NCBI GenBank assembly: GCA_964035545.1
Contig: OZ037767.1
Location: 26,118,628-26,182,627 of the forward strand
From: Bugula neritina
Taxonomy: Eukaryota; Animalia; Bryozoa
Direction: 5' to 3'
Length of the DNA: 64,000 bases
Shown: positions 1 through 25,243 of the stretch, one piece after another
How the letters are laid out: every line of letters begins with the position of its first letter
Position numbering within the stretch: position 1 is the stretch's first letter
Translations under genes and position numbers: made by a program
Notes under the pieces: model-generated
What the model saw: the letters and a program-made list of their open reading frames with translations, nothing else
What the model was told of the DNA's origin: nothing
The model's database searches: none

Positions 1-137
1 CGGAGTGTTGTTGAGAGAGTATAACTCCTACAATGTATGTATTACATTTTTGCTGACTTATTCAGCTATGGTATTGCATATCTAATAGACTCAGGCATGA
101 TATTACAATATATACTGTATAGTAATAATAGCCATAC

Positions 138-1705
138 CGGTTTGGCAAGTGTCATCAGGCGACGCAAATTGGCACCAGTTTTAATCGGATTCCCTTCAGA
201 GTCCAACTCCACATTGTCCTGGTTCACAATATGCTTCTCAGCTCTACTGGCTATTGCAGGGTGCCGTATAAACAGTACCGTAACCAGCAGTAACTCTATC
301 ACAGCCAAAGGCACTGAGGCTATGACGCTAGCATAATATGTGGGTGGCAGAACAGTGCCCTTAGAATGTGACTCCAGCACTAAAGAACCCTGGTAACAGA
401 TAACTAGCAATAAATCACATGATCCAACACTAAGCAACATTTACGAAGCTGACTTTATGAATGAACATTGAACACAGCATATTATTGTCTACAAGAGTGT
501 GAATTGTACGTTATTTATATTGGGGAAGCTCAACAGTGACGGTTTTCAACAAAGCATATATTTCGACTTCAACCGGATTGGCAACAGGATTTGGTGGAAT
601 GCCCTCCATGACATCACTGATGACCTTGATGGAGTTTGACTAAACAACTAGTTCCTTGAGCCAAGCACACTAAGCAGGTATTTTCACCAACTCAACGGCA
701 AAATAATTAATTACGCATGCATGCGTTATTACAATAAGTAGCAGCTAATGTAAGTTATTTGGAGACGACAGCCTGAATTGTACACAAGAGACAAATATGA
801 GAGCAATAAGTGAGCTTTTGATCTGAAACTGACAGCACATAGAGTAACACTCACCTTAACGATTGTAAATATAGTAATTGCTAGTGCAGTAATTAGAGCT
901 GGTAGAAGCAGACGACGATCTGGAGTTATCTTCCTAACCAAATTATTTAAAGCCTTTCTCTCACTTTCATAAGAAAATAGGAAAATAATTAGCCATTTAC
1001 ATGCTGATATGATGAAAAGATCAAATACTGAAGCAGTGAGAGTGTAGTTTGTGACACTCAGGTATCTATCATGTGCCGATCCACCTACAAAATTAACAAC
1101 AATTTGAAAATGGCAGGTAAATATAAAAAGGTTCGCTCTGAAAGTTCAGAGTATGCACAAGTTTCCGAACTGCCTCCAAAAAACTACAGGGTAACGTAAT
1201 GCTGATAAAAGGGTATTCTTGGAAATAGTTAACATAACAGCTCATCAGTACTGTATGTAGCAGCAAAGAGATGAACAAAATTTGTTTCAACTAGGATTTA
1301 TAAAACACGATTGAAATTCATACTATAACCGGTCATTGTTTAGTTGCAAGAAGCCAACCAACAATTTGTGAATGTTGACACCAATGTGTGTGGTACAACA
1401 AGCTAACAATAACCAAAAGTTAGCCTACTTTTAAGTTTATAAAACCAGCTTACAAATCAAACTGAAACCTATAGAATGATCTTGATATACAAGAGTTTAC
1501 CTAAAAGCCATAGCACCCCAGTGGCAATGATATCACAAATAAGAACTATGTTGTTGAGAGTTGTGAGGCGGAGAAAGGGAAGTGTGTAGTAGACACGGCA
1601 ACCTTTAAACCATTCTTGATCTTCCAAACATTTGCTGTCACTATTGGCGAGGAGTTGTGCTTCCTCCTCTGTGAGCTCAGCACGATTTATAGGCATTGCC
1701 GGCAT
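138..1705 (-). CDS. ABCB9: ABC transporter subfamily B (ABCB9/TAP-like), first three coding exons; gene continues beyond the left edge
   Basis: Exons 1705-1501, 1084-855 and 389-138 have GT/AG ends and compatible phases (1,0,0). They encode a hydrophobic multi-TM N-terminal domain ending ...PIKTGANLRRLMTLAKP, resembling the ABCB9 TMD0-to-core linker (ATLQKLLSYTKP). The ABC core lies outside the window, so the subfamily call is tentative. Confidence 0.65.
520..690 (-). mobile_element. Degraded SINE copy in ABCB9 intron
   Basis: Minus strand gtcaaactccatcaaggtcatcagtgatgtcatggagggcattcc resembles the B-box/core of the SINE at 22785-23010 (gttcaaacctggacaaaggacattggtgatgttaggaagagcatcc). Confidence 0.4.
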
Positions 1706-1869
1706 GACCTGTTTAAAAATATACAACAAACAAACTTTAATGTATTACACTAATTAAAGCTCAAAATGTGTAACTAAATTAGTAAACTTATTATATATAA
1801 CACATTCTCGATGCTTTTATGAAATACTATAAAATCTAAATTTATAAAATAAACTTTATTGGCTTTAAT

Positions 1870-1872
1870 TAT

Positions 1873-1952
<80 letters not shown>
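1870..1952. repeat. (TA)n microsatellite
   Basis: Direct reading. Confidence 0.95.
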
Positions 1953-1956
<4 letters not shown>

Positions 1957-2329
1957 CAATGAACAGAAGCCAAAATACATAGAAACAAGATTTACTTAAC
2001 TAAAGAGAAAACCTGAGTTGCACCTTGATATAGATATAAATATAGCTATAGTATGTCAACAGTTTCACTCATTCAATATGAATATATCAAAGACGACATG
2101 TCTTGTATTTATATAAATATATGACCAAGTACTGGCTTAAAATACATATCACAATCACTCTGATTGTTATTAGTACTAATAGTATTAGCATAGATATAAC
2201 TAAAAGAATGAATGTCATTTATTCTATAAAGATGACCCAATATTTTATCATTATTATTCCCATCATCATTGTGGTATTGTTCCCTGTGAGTGTGCAATCA
2301 AAAAACTAAAAGTAAAATTCAAACACTAA

Positions 2330-3830
2330 CTCTTGGGCAGTAAATGTAAGTGTAACTACAAGGCTAACATTTAATTAGTAATACTAATACTAATAGTAAT
2401 AGTAATTAGGTTTAATTTATTTACAATATATTTTAGGCATTTGGTGCTATTTTTTGAGTTTAATAAAAATAAATAAATCTATAATATTTTTCTATCAATA
2501 ATTTTAAATTTATTGCTTAAAGTTGACGTAAAACTGTGAGTTGAAGTCAGACTTAATTGAATCATTTTGATTATCACATTCATCAATATCTATCACTCAA
2601 TGACTCATCAGTACCTTAATAATACTAACATTAACAATGCGTAATTCGATCACAATGGCTATGAGTATCATCAGTATGAGTGAATGATAATCCCTGTGGG
2701 CTATCACTATCCGTGTGAGTATGACTATGACACTCACTATGAGCATCACAGTCACACACAGAGCTCACTATGAGTATCACATTTAGCATCAGCTTAAATA
2801 TACTAGCTTTAAGTACCAGTTATAAGACTTGGCTGATCACGCTTTACAGTTTGAGTTTTATTTATATTTTTTTACAGTTTGAGTCTGTCGATACCTGTCG
2901 AATATTTTTTCACACTAAACCACCCTGTTGGGTAGAAGGGGTGTGCCGCATTTTTAATCATGGCTTACATGTATGTACCCGTGGTTTTTAAAGATATATT
3001 TAAAAAAGTAATGTACAGTGGATGCAAATCACGCCTGCTTAGCCTCTCTGTGGCAAGAGTGCAGTAAGGGACTGCGCTTTGGTTGCTGTAGTTGATCCAA
3101 TGTTCAAATTTCTAATTGGTAGAAAACTATTGTAATACTAATATTTATTTTGGTTGGCACTGTCTGGGCGAGTGTTAGTGTCACTAGTAATACCATAGTT
3201 AATGTTATAGTATCACTATCAATATTATTATGATTATGACTATCACTATGAGTATGATAAATGATTGAGAAGTATAATTGTAAAACTAAGTGTTGGTGTA
3301 AGTCAGTAGTCACTAACTTTAAGTTTAAGTCAAGAGTATAACATTGTGATTAACTACAACTTAAATTATTATCAAAATCATCATATTCATTCATTACGTA
3401 TTCTTATTCTATAAGATTAGCCTTACAAGTACTAGTAGCACGTAACTTACTAACTACGTTTATTAAGGTCTAAGCCCTAAGTATAAGAGTAAGAGCAAGT
3501 CACGACTGCATGACTAAGACAGTAAGTGTAACTGTAAGACTAAGGCTTAGAATAAATCTAACTCAGTAACTATAAGTTAGTAGCTGTAAGTCGTAAGTGT
3601 AACACTAACTTAAACTGTAACTCTTACTCTTAGTAACTGTAAGTGTAACGCTAACGCCCTAGGCCTATGGCTATACTAATACTGATAGTGATACTCATAG
3701 TCATACTCTATTACTATACTGAGTATTATACTCTATGACTATAGACATACTCATAGTTATAGTAACACTAACTGTAACTGTAAGTTACTAAGTATAAGCA
3801 TTTGTTGAGCATAAGACAAAGTGTGATACT
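2330..3830. repeat. Patches of degenerate hexamer-periodic low-complexity DNA (ATACTG/ATAGTG/ATACTC/TAACTG/TAAGTG)
   Basis: For example atactgatagtgatactcatagtcatactc (~3680-3710) and taactgtaagtgtaacgctaacgc (~3634-3657), upstream of the ABCB9 start. Confidence 0.6.
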
Positions 3831-3984
3831 GATATATAATTTTTATATTAACGTTGCTATATTTATATCTTAAGTTGCACAAATTGAAGAGTTTAATCGA
3901 TTATTGATTGGCATATTCATATTGATATTCAACTGGTTACATAATTGAAGTTACATAGCGATTGCGATGATCATGCGCAAAATT

Positions 3985-4135
3985 GAATTATTTTATAAGC
4001 AGCGTTGAATTGGGGGTGAATGAGTGCAATAGTTCAAGGTTCTCGGGTTGAGTGTTAGAAATCCCCTCTTCTGAACTTGATCTCAAAGTATTGCACCTAG
4101 TCATCCCCAATTTGAAGCCGCTTATAGAACAATTC
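3985..4135. mobile_element. ~150-bp fold-back element (old MITE-like) with ~55-bp imperfect inverted arms
   Basis: Left arm gaattattttataagcagcgttgaattgggggtgaatgagtgcaata matches the reverse complement of the right arm, gaattgttctataagcggcttcaaattggggatgactaggtgcaata. Confidence 0.65.
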
Positions 4136-6240
4136 TACACCATTACCTGGGCTTTGTCTAGTTTGAATTCACAACTAAAAGTTTTGATAAATACGGGGAG
4201 CGTTTTATGTCCCGTTTGCAAATTAAAAAAAGACATATTTTTGAACATTTTTTCGAGTCCATTTACATGATTTTAAACTTTGGCAGCTAAAATCAATCAC
4301 TATAATATTATAAAAATAGAAGCATTTTTAAATAATGCATAATTATTTATTTTAAATAGCAATTGCTACAATTATGCATTCCGTAGTCATATCTTATTAA
4401 TAATTTTCGATGCTGGTTACAATAGCGAAAATTAATCGAGAGGACAACTCTAAGTAAATAAATGATATTGGTTGTAATTCTATGCTATGTTTTTAAGAAA
4501 ACATGTCAAATTTACAGTTGATAGGCTAAAATTATTTTATAAGAAAAACATATAAGTACTTGTAAAATAATAATTATAACTTGACACTTGTAAAGCATCA
4601 ATTGACTCATTGTTCAAAATTGCAACTCTTGAAAGATATAATATAAGTAGGCTAAAATGTTAACCAACTGAATGCATTAATTACTTTTCATCAAGAGACT
4701 GTACTACATAACATTTGAAAAAATATTAGCAGGCTATGGCTAAATGTTTTTAATCTTTGCAAACTAAATTATTTTACCCACTTGTTTCTTTGATTATAAA
4801 AAATAGCATCACTTATTATGTTGTGAAGAAATTAAATACCTTTAAATGCTACTTGATTGTGTTTTAGAGGTTTTTCTCACAAAGAAGTTGATATATGTTT
4901 AGCTTACTGAAATCAAAGAAGCTAATACTTTGCCTTGAATTGCTTTCCTTGTAAAAACAATAGCCAAAAGCAAATTACTAAACGTGTGGAGAATGGGGAA
5001 AACAAGCGTACTAGCTCATGCACTTAAGTATGCTCAAATTTGCAACAATAATAAAAAGCTATGTTTTATGTAAATACTTTGAAAATTTTACAAAAAATAT
5101 TCTCAAGCAGCAATTAGAAGCAGTAAAATAAACTGAAGATTCATATTAGTATGACTGTTCACTTTGCAAGCACTTTGTCTGTGATGGTCAATAATACCAA
5201 CGACCACATTAGTGTGCTGATTCTGTTACATTCTAATGAAAGACAGCAGACAAAATAACTTCTAATTTACAGGTGCAAATATAGAAAAGTATGTAAAACA
5301 ACAAAAGTAAAAATATAGAAAAGTACATAAAGCAATACAGGTAAAGGTATATACATAAGCTGTTACACAAGATGCAAGCATTAGTAGCTGCTTGCCAAGA
5401 TATAAAACGTTTACCACATTTAGGAGTACAAATAAATTATTTGAGTAACAAAATAACATCAATAAATGTGTAATAGTGTGTAGCAGACTTTGAATTAAAG
5501 GTTTACATGCAGTGTATAATTTTTATTAGCCTTTCATGTATAATATTTATGTAATTTTATAAATTGAGTAGAACTTGATCACCGTTGTCATTGCTTTTAC
5601 AAGAAATATTGAAAAATAGATCAAATTAACTTTAGTCAATCACAAACTCTTAATTTAAAATAGTATTGTTAAAAAGTGCATATAGTCATGAAAACAATTA
5701 CTATTTTTAAAATTATATGTTTTCAATGCAAACAACTTCAATGAAAATGTCCAATGCTTACAAACACCAAGAAGCCAAATTTATATATAATATACGTCAG
5801 TAGTATATAATTATATTATTTATTTTGACATGTTTAAACCTAGCTATAAATTTTATTCATGCAGTATTTTATCCATACCTGTAGCACATAGCAGTTTCTA
5901 ACAACTCTCATTGTATTCAACAACAAATTGTGTACTACTAGAACATCAATAAGTTATAATACATAAACAGATCTAAGAACTGTTTTTATCATAAAACATA
6001 TAGCATATGCACTGTGGATCTTGGGCGATACAATATAATTTTATACAATCTACAGCTGACAGAAATAGATAATATGTTTGATTTTGGAAACTTTAAGATC
6101 ACTGAATGGATGGTCTTGGAGAATTTCTAAGGCCATTCTTTTCTGTTTCTTTGCAACAGCCAATCATGGAACACAAATGATCTGATGCAGTAATCTTTAT
6201 TCAAGGAACTGTACCATATCTCAGTTTATCTAAGGGGGCT

Positions 6241-17740
<11,500 letters not shown>

Positions 17741-18470
17741 TTTCACAAGTAATGTTGTTTCACCAGATGACTGATGTCATGTCACATTTAATTTTTAATC
17801 AATAGTTTAATGCTGACATTTACGTCTACTCAAAGAACACAAGTCAAGTTTTCTTATAGAATATTGATTTTAAAGAATGTAAACAATAAAAGGTTAAACA
17901 CATAATATGTCTACAAGGTTTGTGATACTACATACAGATTGGTTAGATACTAAAAGGCACTTACAAATATTTTTTGTATAGCATGATTGGTGATGCAAGG
18001 TCCATTACTCCCATAAAGTAAAACATACCATTATAATTATGATTACTAATTATTGCATTTGTATATAATATGTAAAATATATGTATAGTAAAAGCATAGA
18101 AAAATAGTTATTAAATTGAGTAAAAATATTACAAACTATTCTTTGTGTTGTTAATATTATTATGCAACGTAGCATTATTTCCAAAGCATTATTTTAAAAT
18201 GGTATAGTTGTTGAAAAGAATATTTTGTGGTGATATTATTATACATAGTTTAGACTTTAGTAGTTCATAGAATAATTTATAGAAGCACCTATAACATATT
18301 GAGTATATAAGTTTCATTTGTAGAATGCCACACTTTCAGATAATATATATTTCTGTTGATTTTTAGCATTAACACAGTTACAATATTATTTTAGACATGC
18401 ACATTAAGCTCAAAAATTAAGTTCTAAATTCTCAGTTTCCAAGTCGATTCAAAATAGTTTAGTAAAGCTG

Positions 18471-21400
18471 CTATTGCTTTTTGATAATGTCATCACACAG
18501 TTGTTGGATGAGATCTCTAACTTGATGACTCTCTCCATTACGGGCTCCTAGACTGGCCACCATCACTCCTGATACTCCAAGTCCATAGTCTACAGCACTG
18601 TACTTATTCATATCCTGTTTCCCAGCTTTGCTGTAAAGATTTATTTTATACAATACATGTATATTGAGCTAAAATTGCTATAACTTTTATCAGATGCATA
18701 TCAAAATAATATAGACTTATAACAATATGCGCTAGTGCACTTGTCAGTTAATAATTTATATACAAATATAATAAATATTAAACAGAAAATAGCTAAAAGT
18801 TTGACAGAATTTTTATAACTATTTTTGTAACATTATGTAATACTATTAGTATGCAGTGTTGCAACCACTATTTATTGCTATAAAGTTAATATTACCTCTT
18901 GATGAAGTATAGACGATAAGACTTGAAGAAACACATCAGGGAAATAGCCAGAGTACAAACAGCATTAACAGATATAGCAATAGTTACTCCATACACCCAG
19001 ATTAGTACTGATTTTAAAAGAGGACCAGCAATGAAGTACAGAGTGTCATCTGATATTATAGACTCCTGGGTTATCAGACACTGAACAGTGTAATGGTGGA
19101 GGTTTTGACCGAGTTTTCTTACCTAAAATCGATCATGTACATTATAGAAAGTAAAACAATGACACCCAGGCATGCAAAAATACAATCAACCACAATATTA
19201 TAGTTACTCCCCTTTGCACTAGACTCACAACTGATAAGCTCTATCATTGGAAAAAACAATAAAACCGTCTAATTTTTCTTCGTTGCGCAAATTATTTTAA
19301 ATGTGATGTGTCGTAGTCACATCGGAATTTAAGCAACTTTTCTGCCTTTTAAAAAAGTTAAAACTTTCAGAAATACATACTGAAAAGTTACACAACACAG
19401 AAACTGATGCCCTGGTATCTTCTACTTGGCTTATACTTTGTATAGAGGTGGTGGCAGAGCTGGTGTTCATTTGAGAAACTGCTTGGACATTGAGTACTTT
19501 CAGTATGAGAATCACACAGACAATCACAGAGCCTAGCTTGGTGATGAGGAACCTGAAGATAATATCACATTGTGCTGCATCTAACATATCTATTTAATAA
19601 TGTATGTAAACTAAAAGCCTAAATAAACTTGCTGTAATATATAATTTGCTGGGCTTATTTCTCAACCAACATGCAGAAGAGACCAACCTTTTAGCCTAAT
19701 GTCACCAAACAAACTTATATATAAGTAGTTCTCAAATATATTATACTTATAGATAATTGGTGTTTATTGACGTTACTAATAATATTTGGGAATGGACCGC
19801 AATATCAAAAACGAGGTGAATACAGCATGCATAAGCTACTATTCATAGATTGCACATGTCATAATTCATGAAATATTTCAGAAAACTCTATAATTTACTT
19901 TTTTGCAATCATCTTTGGGGTAAATCCTGAGCTTACCACAAAACGAGGCTGAGATGTTTCCATACGCTGTTTCCATTATTCACCATAAACTCTGAGCCAT
20001 CTATATTTCCAGCCATTGCTCTCCACAAAAATAAAGGTGCTAAACTTAAAACTCCCAGCAGAATCAAAGTAGTGAATGGAGGTGTTGTCTTCGTAGGAAA
20101 TAAAGATTTTAGACTAATCTAAAAGTAAGTATTGAATAAGTATAAGATATGCGTGCGTAATAAGCTGAAATTAATTAACTAGCATTATGGGCTATCTTCG
20201 AAGGTTTTAAATGACTAATAATTCTTTCTAATGAGAGAGTGAAGTCTTATAAGTTACAGGCAAAAGTAAATAATAAAAATTATTTTTATCAAGTAGCATA
20301 TGTGATGTTGAAATATAGAAGACTATGTTGAAGAAATACTGTATTTATCATACAATTTGGGCACCCATGAGTAGCATTTTAAGTAAGGCTACAGATATAT
20401 TTCTATTACTAAATCGTACTCAAAATAAAAGTATTTGAAAAATTAACCTAAGAGCGTAACTGGTTGTTTGATTTTTCAAAATCTTTAAAAGAATCTCTGC
20501 TTTTATTGATAAAAGTAAAGGACTAAGTTACTTTCTGCATTAAAATGGTCAAATTCAAAAAATTTAGCCAGAGCAACACTTGAATATAATTATACACATT
20601 GTATATTTGATATAACAAAATAATTTACTGGCTGCAGAGTTGTGTAGACATCCGGTATGGAGTAATCACTAAAGTTGTATTCATATAGCTTGGCCTGATC
20701 ACTCAAACAGATCTGGTGCCCATAATCTATCCAGTCACTTGAAAACTCAGCAGGGAACCAGCAACTTATGTTTTCTTTTGAAACGGCAGCACCTTGTGAA
20801 GGAGATGCAAAGACCAGCAGAAAGGCGGATGTAATCAGAATAATAGGAGTTACCAGGTAGAGAAGGAACTCTATGTAATTGAAGTCCCACCATAAATGCC
20901 CAACTCTGTGAGAGAAAGAGGAAAGTGTTTGGAATAACAGTTGTATAATTTATATATAAATTGACAAGGATTCCTATGCTAAACTTCATCATCTTCAGAG
21001 ATAATAAATTAAAAAGTTTAAGGTCAAAGGTTATAGATATATGATTAGGTCAAGTAACTTGAATGCAATCTATCTGACCCCTAGAGTAGTTCAAACTGCA
21101 TCATGTTTGCTTATTTCAAACTTGTGAAACATGAAAAATAGCTTAAATTATCTGCTAGCTAGGCTTTGGATATTACTTACAAGTGTATATACTACACTAG
21201 TGCTGCTAAGTCAGCATGTATTTCTACTAAGCATAACCAGATGTTTACTCCAGTTGAATTCTACTTCAGAGCATAGAATAAAATAAGTTGATAACTAACT
21301 TTATAAGCCCATCATTACTTTAATAACTAGACTCTTAGCCTTTTAAAGACAAATAAAAAAGCGTGTTCTGCAAACATGTTCTTAGACTGTGTTACATCGA

Positions 21401-22229
21401 CGTGTGGTTCATAAAAGCCTATTGTTGTATTCTTGAGTAGAAAGGATAATTTATGTAGATATCATACAATGTCGTATATTTGAATTCCAGAAAAATACAA
21501 TTAGCTCAGAGAAAATTCACTGTTTATATACAAAATATTACATAGCTTTTTAGTGATAGCCGATCATAATACAAAGTTACAATAGATGCTTCATGGCTAT
21601 ATGGCTGTTATTTATTGTCATAGTCAGGGCTGTAGCAGCATCCGTTGCATATGTAACACCTATAGAGAATTTTAGTAGCTTTCAAGCAAAGGAAACAAAG
21701 CATCCAAGTAAATATAAGGAAAAACATAGAGCTATTGGTTGTGATGTTTAGTAAACATTGATTACATTCATATTCCAAATAAAAGTTTAAAGTTGACATT
21801 TCCAAAGATTCAGTTTTAAGTATAATAACTCATACTGCACCTAGCACTGTGTTCACCAATAAACTAGTCTGTAATACTGCTAAGCTGCTGCATTCAGTTT
21901 AACTTGCTAACCAATAAGTGTGGTATGCAAGTTTTAAAGCTACTATAGTCCAGCATTCTGTTTTTAAGAATGCTAAACTTGCACGTGTTTATGTTGCATA
22001 GCCAAAGTTGGAGAACATATTCCGTACTGGCAAAATACATGCTACTATAGTGACGTTAGTTACTGTTTGATACTTAAATTATTTGCTGTTATACAGGTTA
22101 CTGTTACTTACACAGTTACACTTACACTTACAGCCTAGAGGTATGTAGTCTGAGTAACTTTACTTACAGTCTGTGACAATCAGTTGATGTCTGATGGTAC
22201 TGCTCCTCATTTACATATTTTTCTGCCAT
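18471..22229 (-). CDS. Innexin/pannexin family channel, paralog A (~359 aa)
   Basis: Six phase-compatible exons with no stops: 22229-22168, 20905-20629, 20118-19937, 19552-19381, 19122-18896, 18630-18471. EL1 ISCWFPAEFSSDWIDYGHQIC, TM2 ..LSLAPLFLWR, EL2 VLCNFSVRKLGQNLHHYTVQCL, C-terminal GVMVASLGARNGESHQVRDLIQQL. These match the innexin patterns CW.P..F...W..Y....C and CDF.IR.LG......VQC. Confidence 0.85.
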
Positions 22230-22669
22230 CTCCCAACTATTAGCAAAGTATAGGTGATCTACTTACACACCCTCTATAGTGTGCACTATAACTCAAGTAC
22301 AGTTTGCGTATGCTTCTAGCTCACTTGCTAGTTACTAGCTATTACAACCCACAATGCTTTACACTTTCACAGCTATGTCAGCTGGTGTTGCCTAGTTTAG
22401 CCTTTGCTCTTTAGCTAGGATATTTAGTACGTAAGGTCTTTTGTTATGATGTTTATTGCATCAGAAGGAAATAAATGATGATTTCAGCTTTTGCAATCTT
22501 GTTACTGATAATGGTTGTTGTCAATTGAACAAACAATGCCCTAGTTTATGCCTGTACAGTGTACAGTTTGTATGCAGGTACACTATTTGAACATATAGAA
22601 TTTGAAACTTACTGCATATAAGTGTACAGTAGCCTACATTGCATAATACTTCATTATATGGTTCATATC

Positions 22670-22760
22670 ATATGATATATACATGTATATAATATATATG
22701 TATATATATACATGTATATAATATATATGTATATATATACATGTATATAATATATGATAT
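22670..22760. repeat. ~30-bp AT-rich tandem repeat (tatatacatgtatataatatatatgtata)
   Basis: Direct reading, about 3 copies. Confidence 0.75.
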
Positions 22761-22784
22761 GTGACAAATAATAGACTATATATA

Positions 22785-23010
22785 GGGAGCAGCCATGGTC
22801 TATAGGGGTTAGAGCGTTGGCCTAGTAAACACTAAGTCATGTGTTCAAACCTGGACAAAGGACATTGGTGATGTTAGGAAGAGCATCCAGTCATAATTGC
22901 TCCTGTGCCTCATCTAAATAATAACTCCTTAGCCTGCTTTAACAAAAAACTCTTTTCATCAGGGGTTTCTCACAGGGATGGCGACTATAAACTTGCATGA
23001 GTGAGATAAT
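22785..23010 (+). mobile_element. tRNA-derived SINE
   Basis: tRNA-like head with A-box-like tggtctatagggg and B-box gttcaaacc, followed by a tggtgatgttaggaagagcatccagtc core of the kind seen in invertebrate SINEs; AT-rich flanks. Confidence 0.65.
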
Positions 23011-25243
23011 ATACCATATATGATAATTGATATTAATAGTAAAAATAATGATTATTAGGTGTAAAGTTTCAGCTTTTAGAAATAGCCCTAGTTTTAGTGG
23101 ATAATTGCAGCATGGGGAGTTTTCTGTTTGGGAAATAAAATATTTACACTTTATAGATCTAAATTGTGAGTTATAAACCCCAAGCTAAGCAAAAATGTAT
23201 ATATATGTACCTAAGTGGAACACTACACACTACAATATTGTCTTACTACAAGCATTATATATCACACATGTGTATGTATATAATTATGTAGTAATAACAT
23301 ACTATATTATGGCCATGCTACCATGACAGAAAGTTGCAATTGCTTGAACCTAATATTTATAAAATTTTATAGCATCCGTCTGCAAATTGAAGGATCCCTT
23401 CTTGTATCAGACAAGAAGGTGGTAGTTGACTCCACAACTCATTACTTACTGACAGAAAGTTTTTTGCTTGTGTTAGACAACAACTTTTTAATTGTATCAA
23501 ATGCCTACTATTACAGGTATGTGTGGAGTAAGAGGACATTAAATATAAGAATATCTAGTATAGTACCCAGAGTTCGCATACCTTTTAGTTATGTAGCAAT
23601 TCCAAATTGATTCACAGTATTAAATTGGTAGAGTAAGGAGGTGACTTGTAGAAAGTCATGGTAAATAATTTACAACTGACCTTAAACATGAAACAAATCT
23701 ATTTAACTAATCAGAGAAATTATTCTATCTCCCAAACTTAAGAGAGCAGCGTTTAGAAGGTCGGTGGTGTATGATGTGTATATTTACTTGAATATTACTA
23801 GCTGTCTCATTAGAATAGTACTTGTAACACAATACACTGTTGGGTTATGTTAAAACTTCAATCACCAAAAAAACGTTTTCGAAATTTAATCAATGTTGGA
23901 AAACATTGCACAATTTAGTTGAAATCCTATGACAAACAGATTAAGATAACATGAAACATACAGTCCTCTCTGAAGTCTATAGCATCATTTAAAAATAACT
24001 ACTGAATACATTTTCTAACTTTGCGTATCACGGCTCATTGAAAGAGCCCGGGAACTATATAGATGTTTGCTCTAATTAAGGTGGGATCACCCAGTCTATG
24101 TTGTGCCTTAATTGTTGTTGAATAACCTTTTTCTCCACTCTTAAAAGATAGATATGTATTCATTGTCGTTATTTTGCAAACACCTATAATACAAGTGTCT
24201 ACTTATTTATAAAATGCTGACTAACTTTAACTTATCAAATGAAATGTGCCGATACATAAAGAATAAGGCAAAGATTATCTTTATAATTTTTCAGTAAAGT
24301 TAACTCCGCCATGTAAGCCTCTCATATTGGTGTACAAGCTTGAATGTGTTTGTCAATAATATTTTGTGGGATTTGATGAAAAGAATGCTAAAACATTTAT
24401 GACCCACGGAATTTGGTATGAAATATTATGGGAGACAAAGCCTTGGCTAAAGACAAGTACAATTGATAGATGCAGTAACAGAAATATTAAAAAAAGCTTA
24501 TGTTTTATATGAAAATTACAGCGAACTGCATTTTATTGTTGCTACATTTGCAGCCTGTGCCCTAAATCAAAGTTCATGAGTAATTAAAACACTTAGGCTA
24601 ATGAAATTTCTCCTGCATTAACTGCACCTAAATGAAATCTTTCATAAGTCAGTTGAATTTCCGCTAGGCTAAACGTCTACAAGGTATTGATGATGTGCTT
24701 TGTTTGTATGTGTGACCTAACAAAGCAAATGTGCTGGTAGTATAACTACATATTAGGCAAATTCTCAGCAGTTGAGTAATTTTCAAGGATTTATGAAGGT
24801 AGAGGTTGGAGTTGGTATTGAAGTAAATAGAAGCAAAATAGGTGATTTATTTGTCGAGAAGTTGGGACAAAATAACAGCATCACGAAACTGTAAACTGCA
24901 ATATTTTTATTGAGTATGTTACTTCTACTTCTTATTCAATGGATTATAATTACATAATATATTACGCAAAAGCACATATGCAAAACATTGTATCTAAATT
25001 TAGTTGAAAGCAAACACTAAAATGATAATTCAGCATAAAACAAAATACAACTATATTTAAAAAAATATATCTCAGTATTTAAAAAATATGAAATTATTGT
25101 ACAGAATAATATCACCAAGTATACAACCATCCAAATTCAAAATTAATGGCTATTTCTTTTGTTAAATAATTAGTAGTCAAAAGTGCTTAGATAACGCAAT
25201 GGTGTTTGTAAAATCCATGACATCACTACTCTAAAAAATGCTA

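Noticed and set aside
22785-22860. tRNA gene
   Set aside because: A/B boxes are present, but there is no convincing cloverleaf, and a SINE-like body follows.
23320-24890. Possible highly decayed L1/Tx1-like LINE remnant between the innexins
   Set aside because: Only a vague compositional and 3'-end resemblance; no diagnostic motif could be read.
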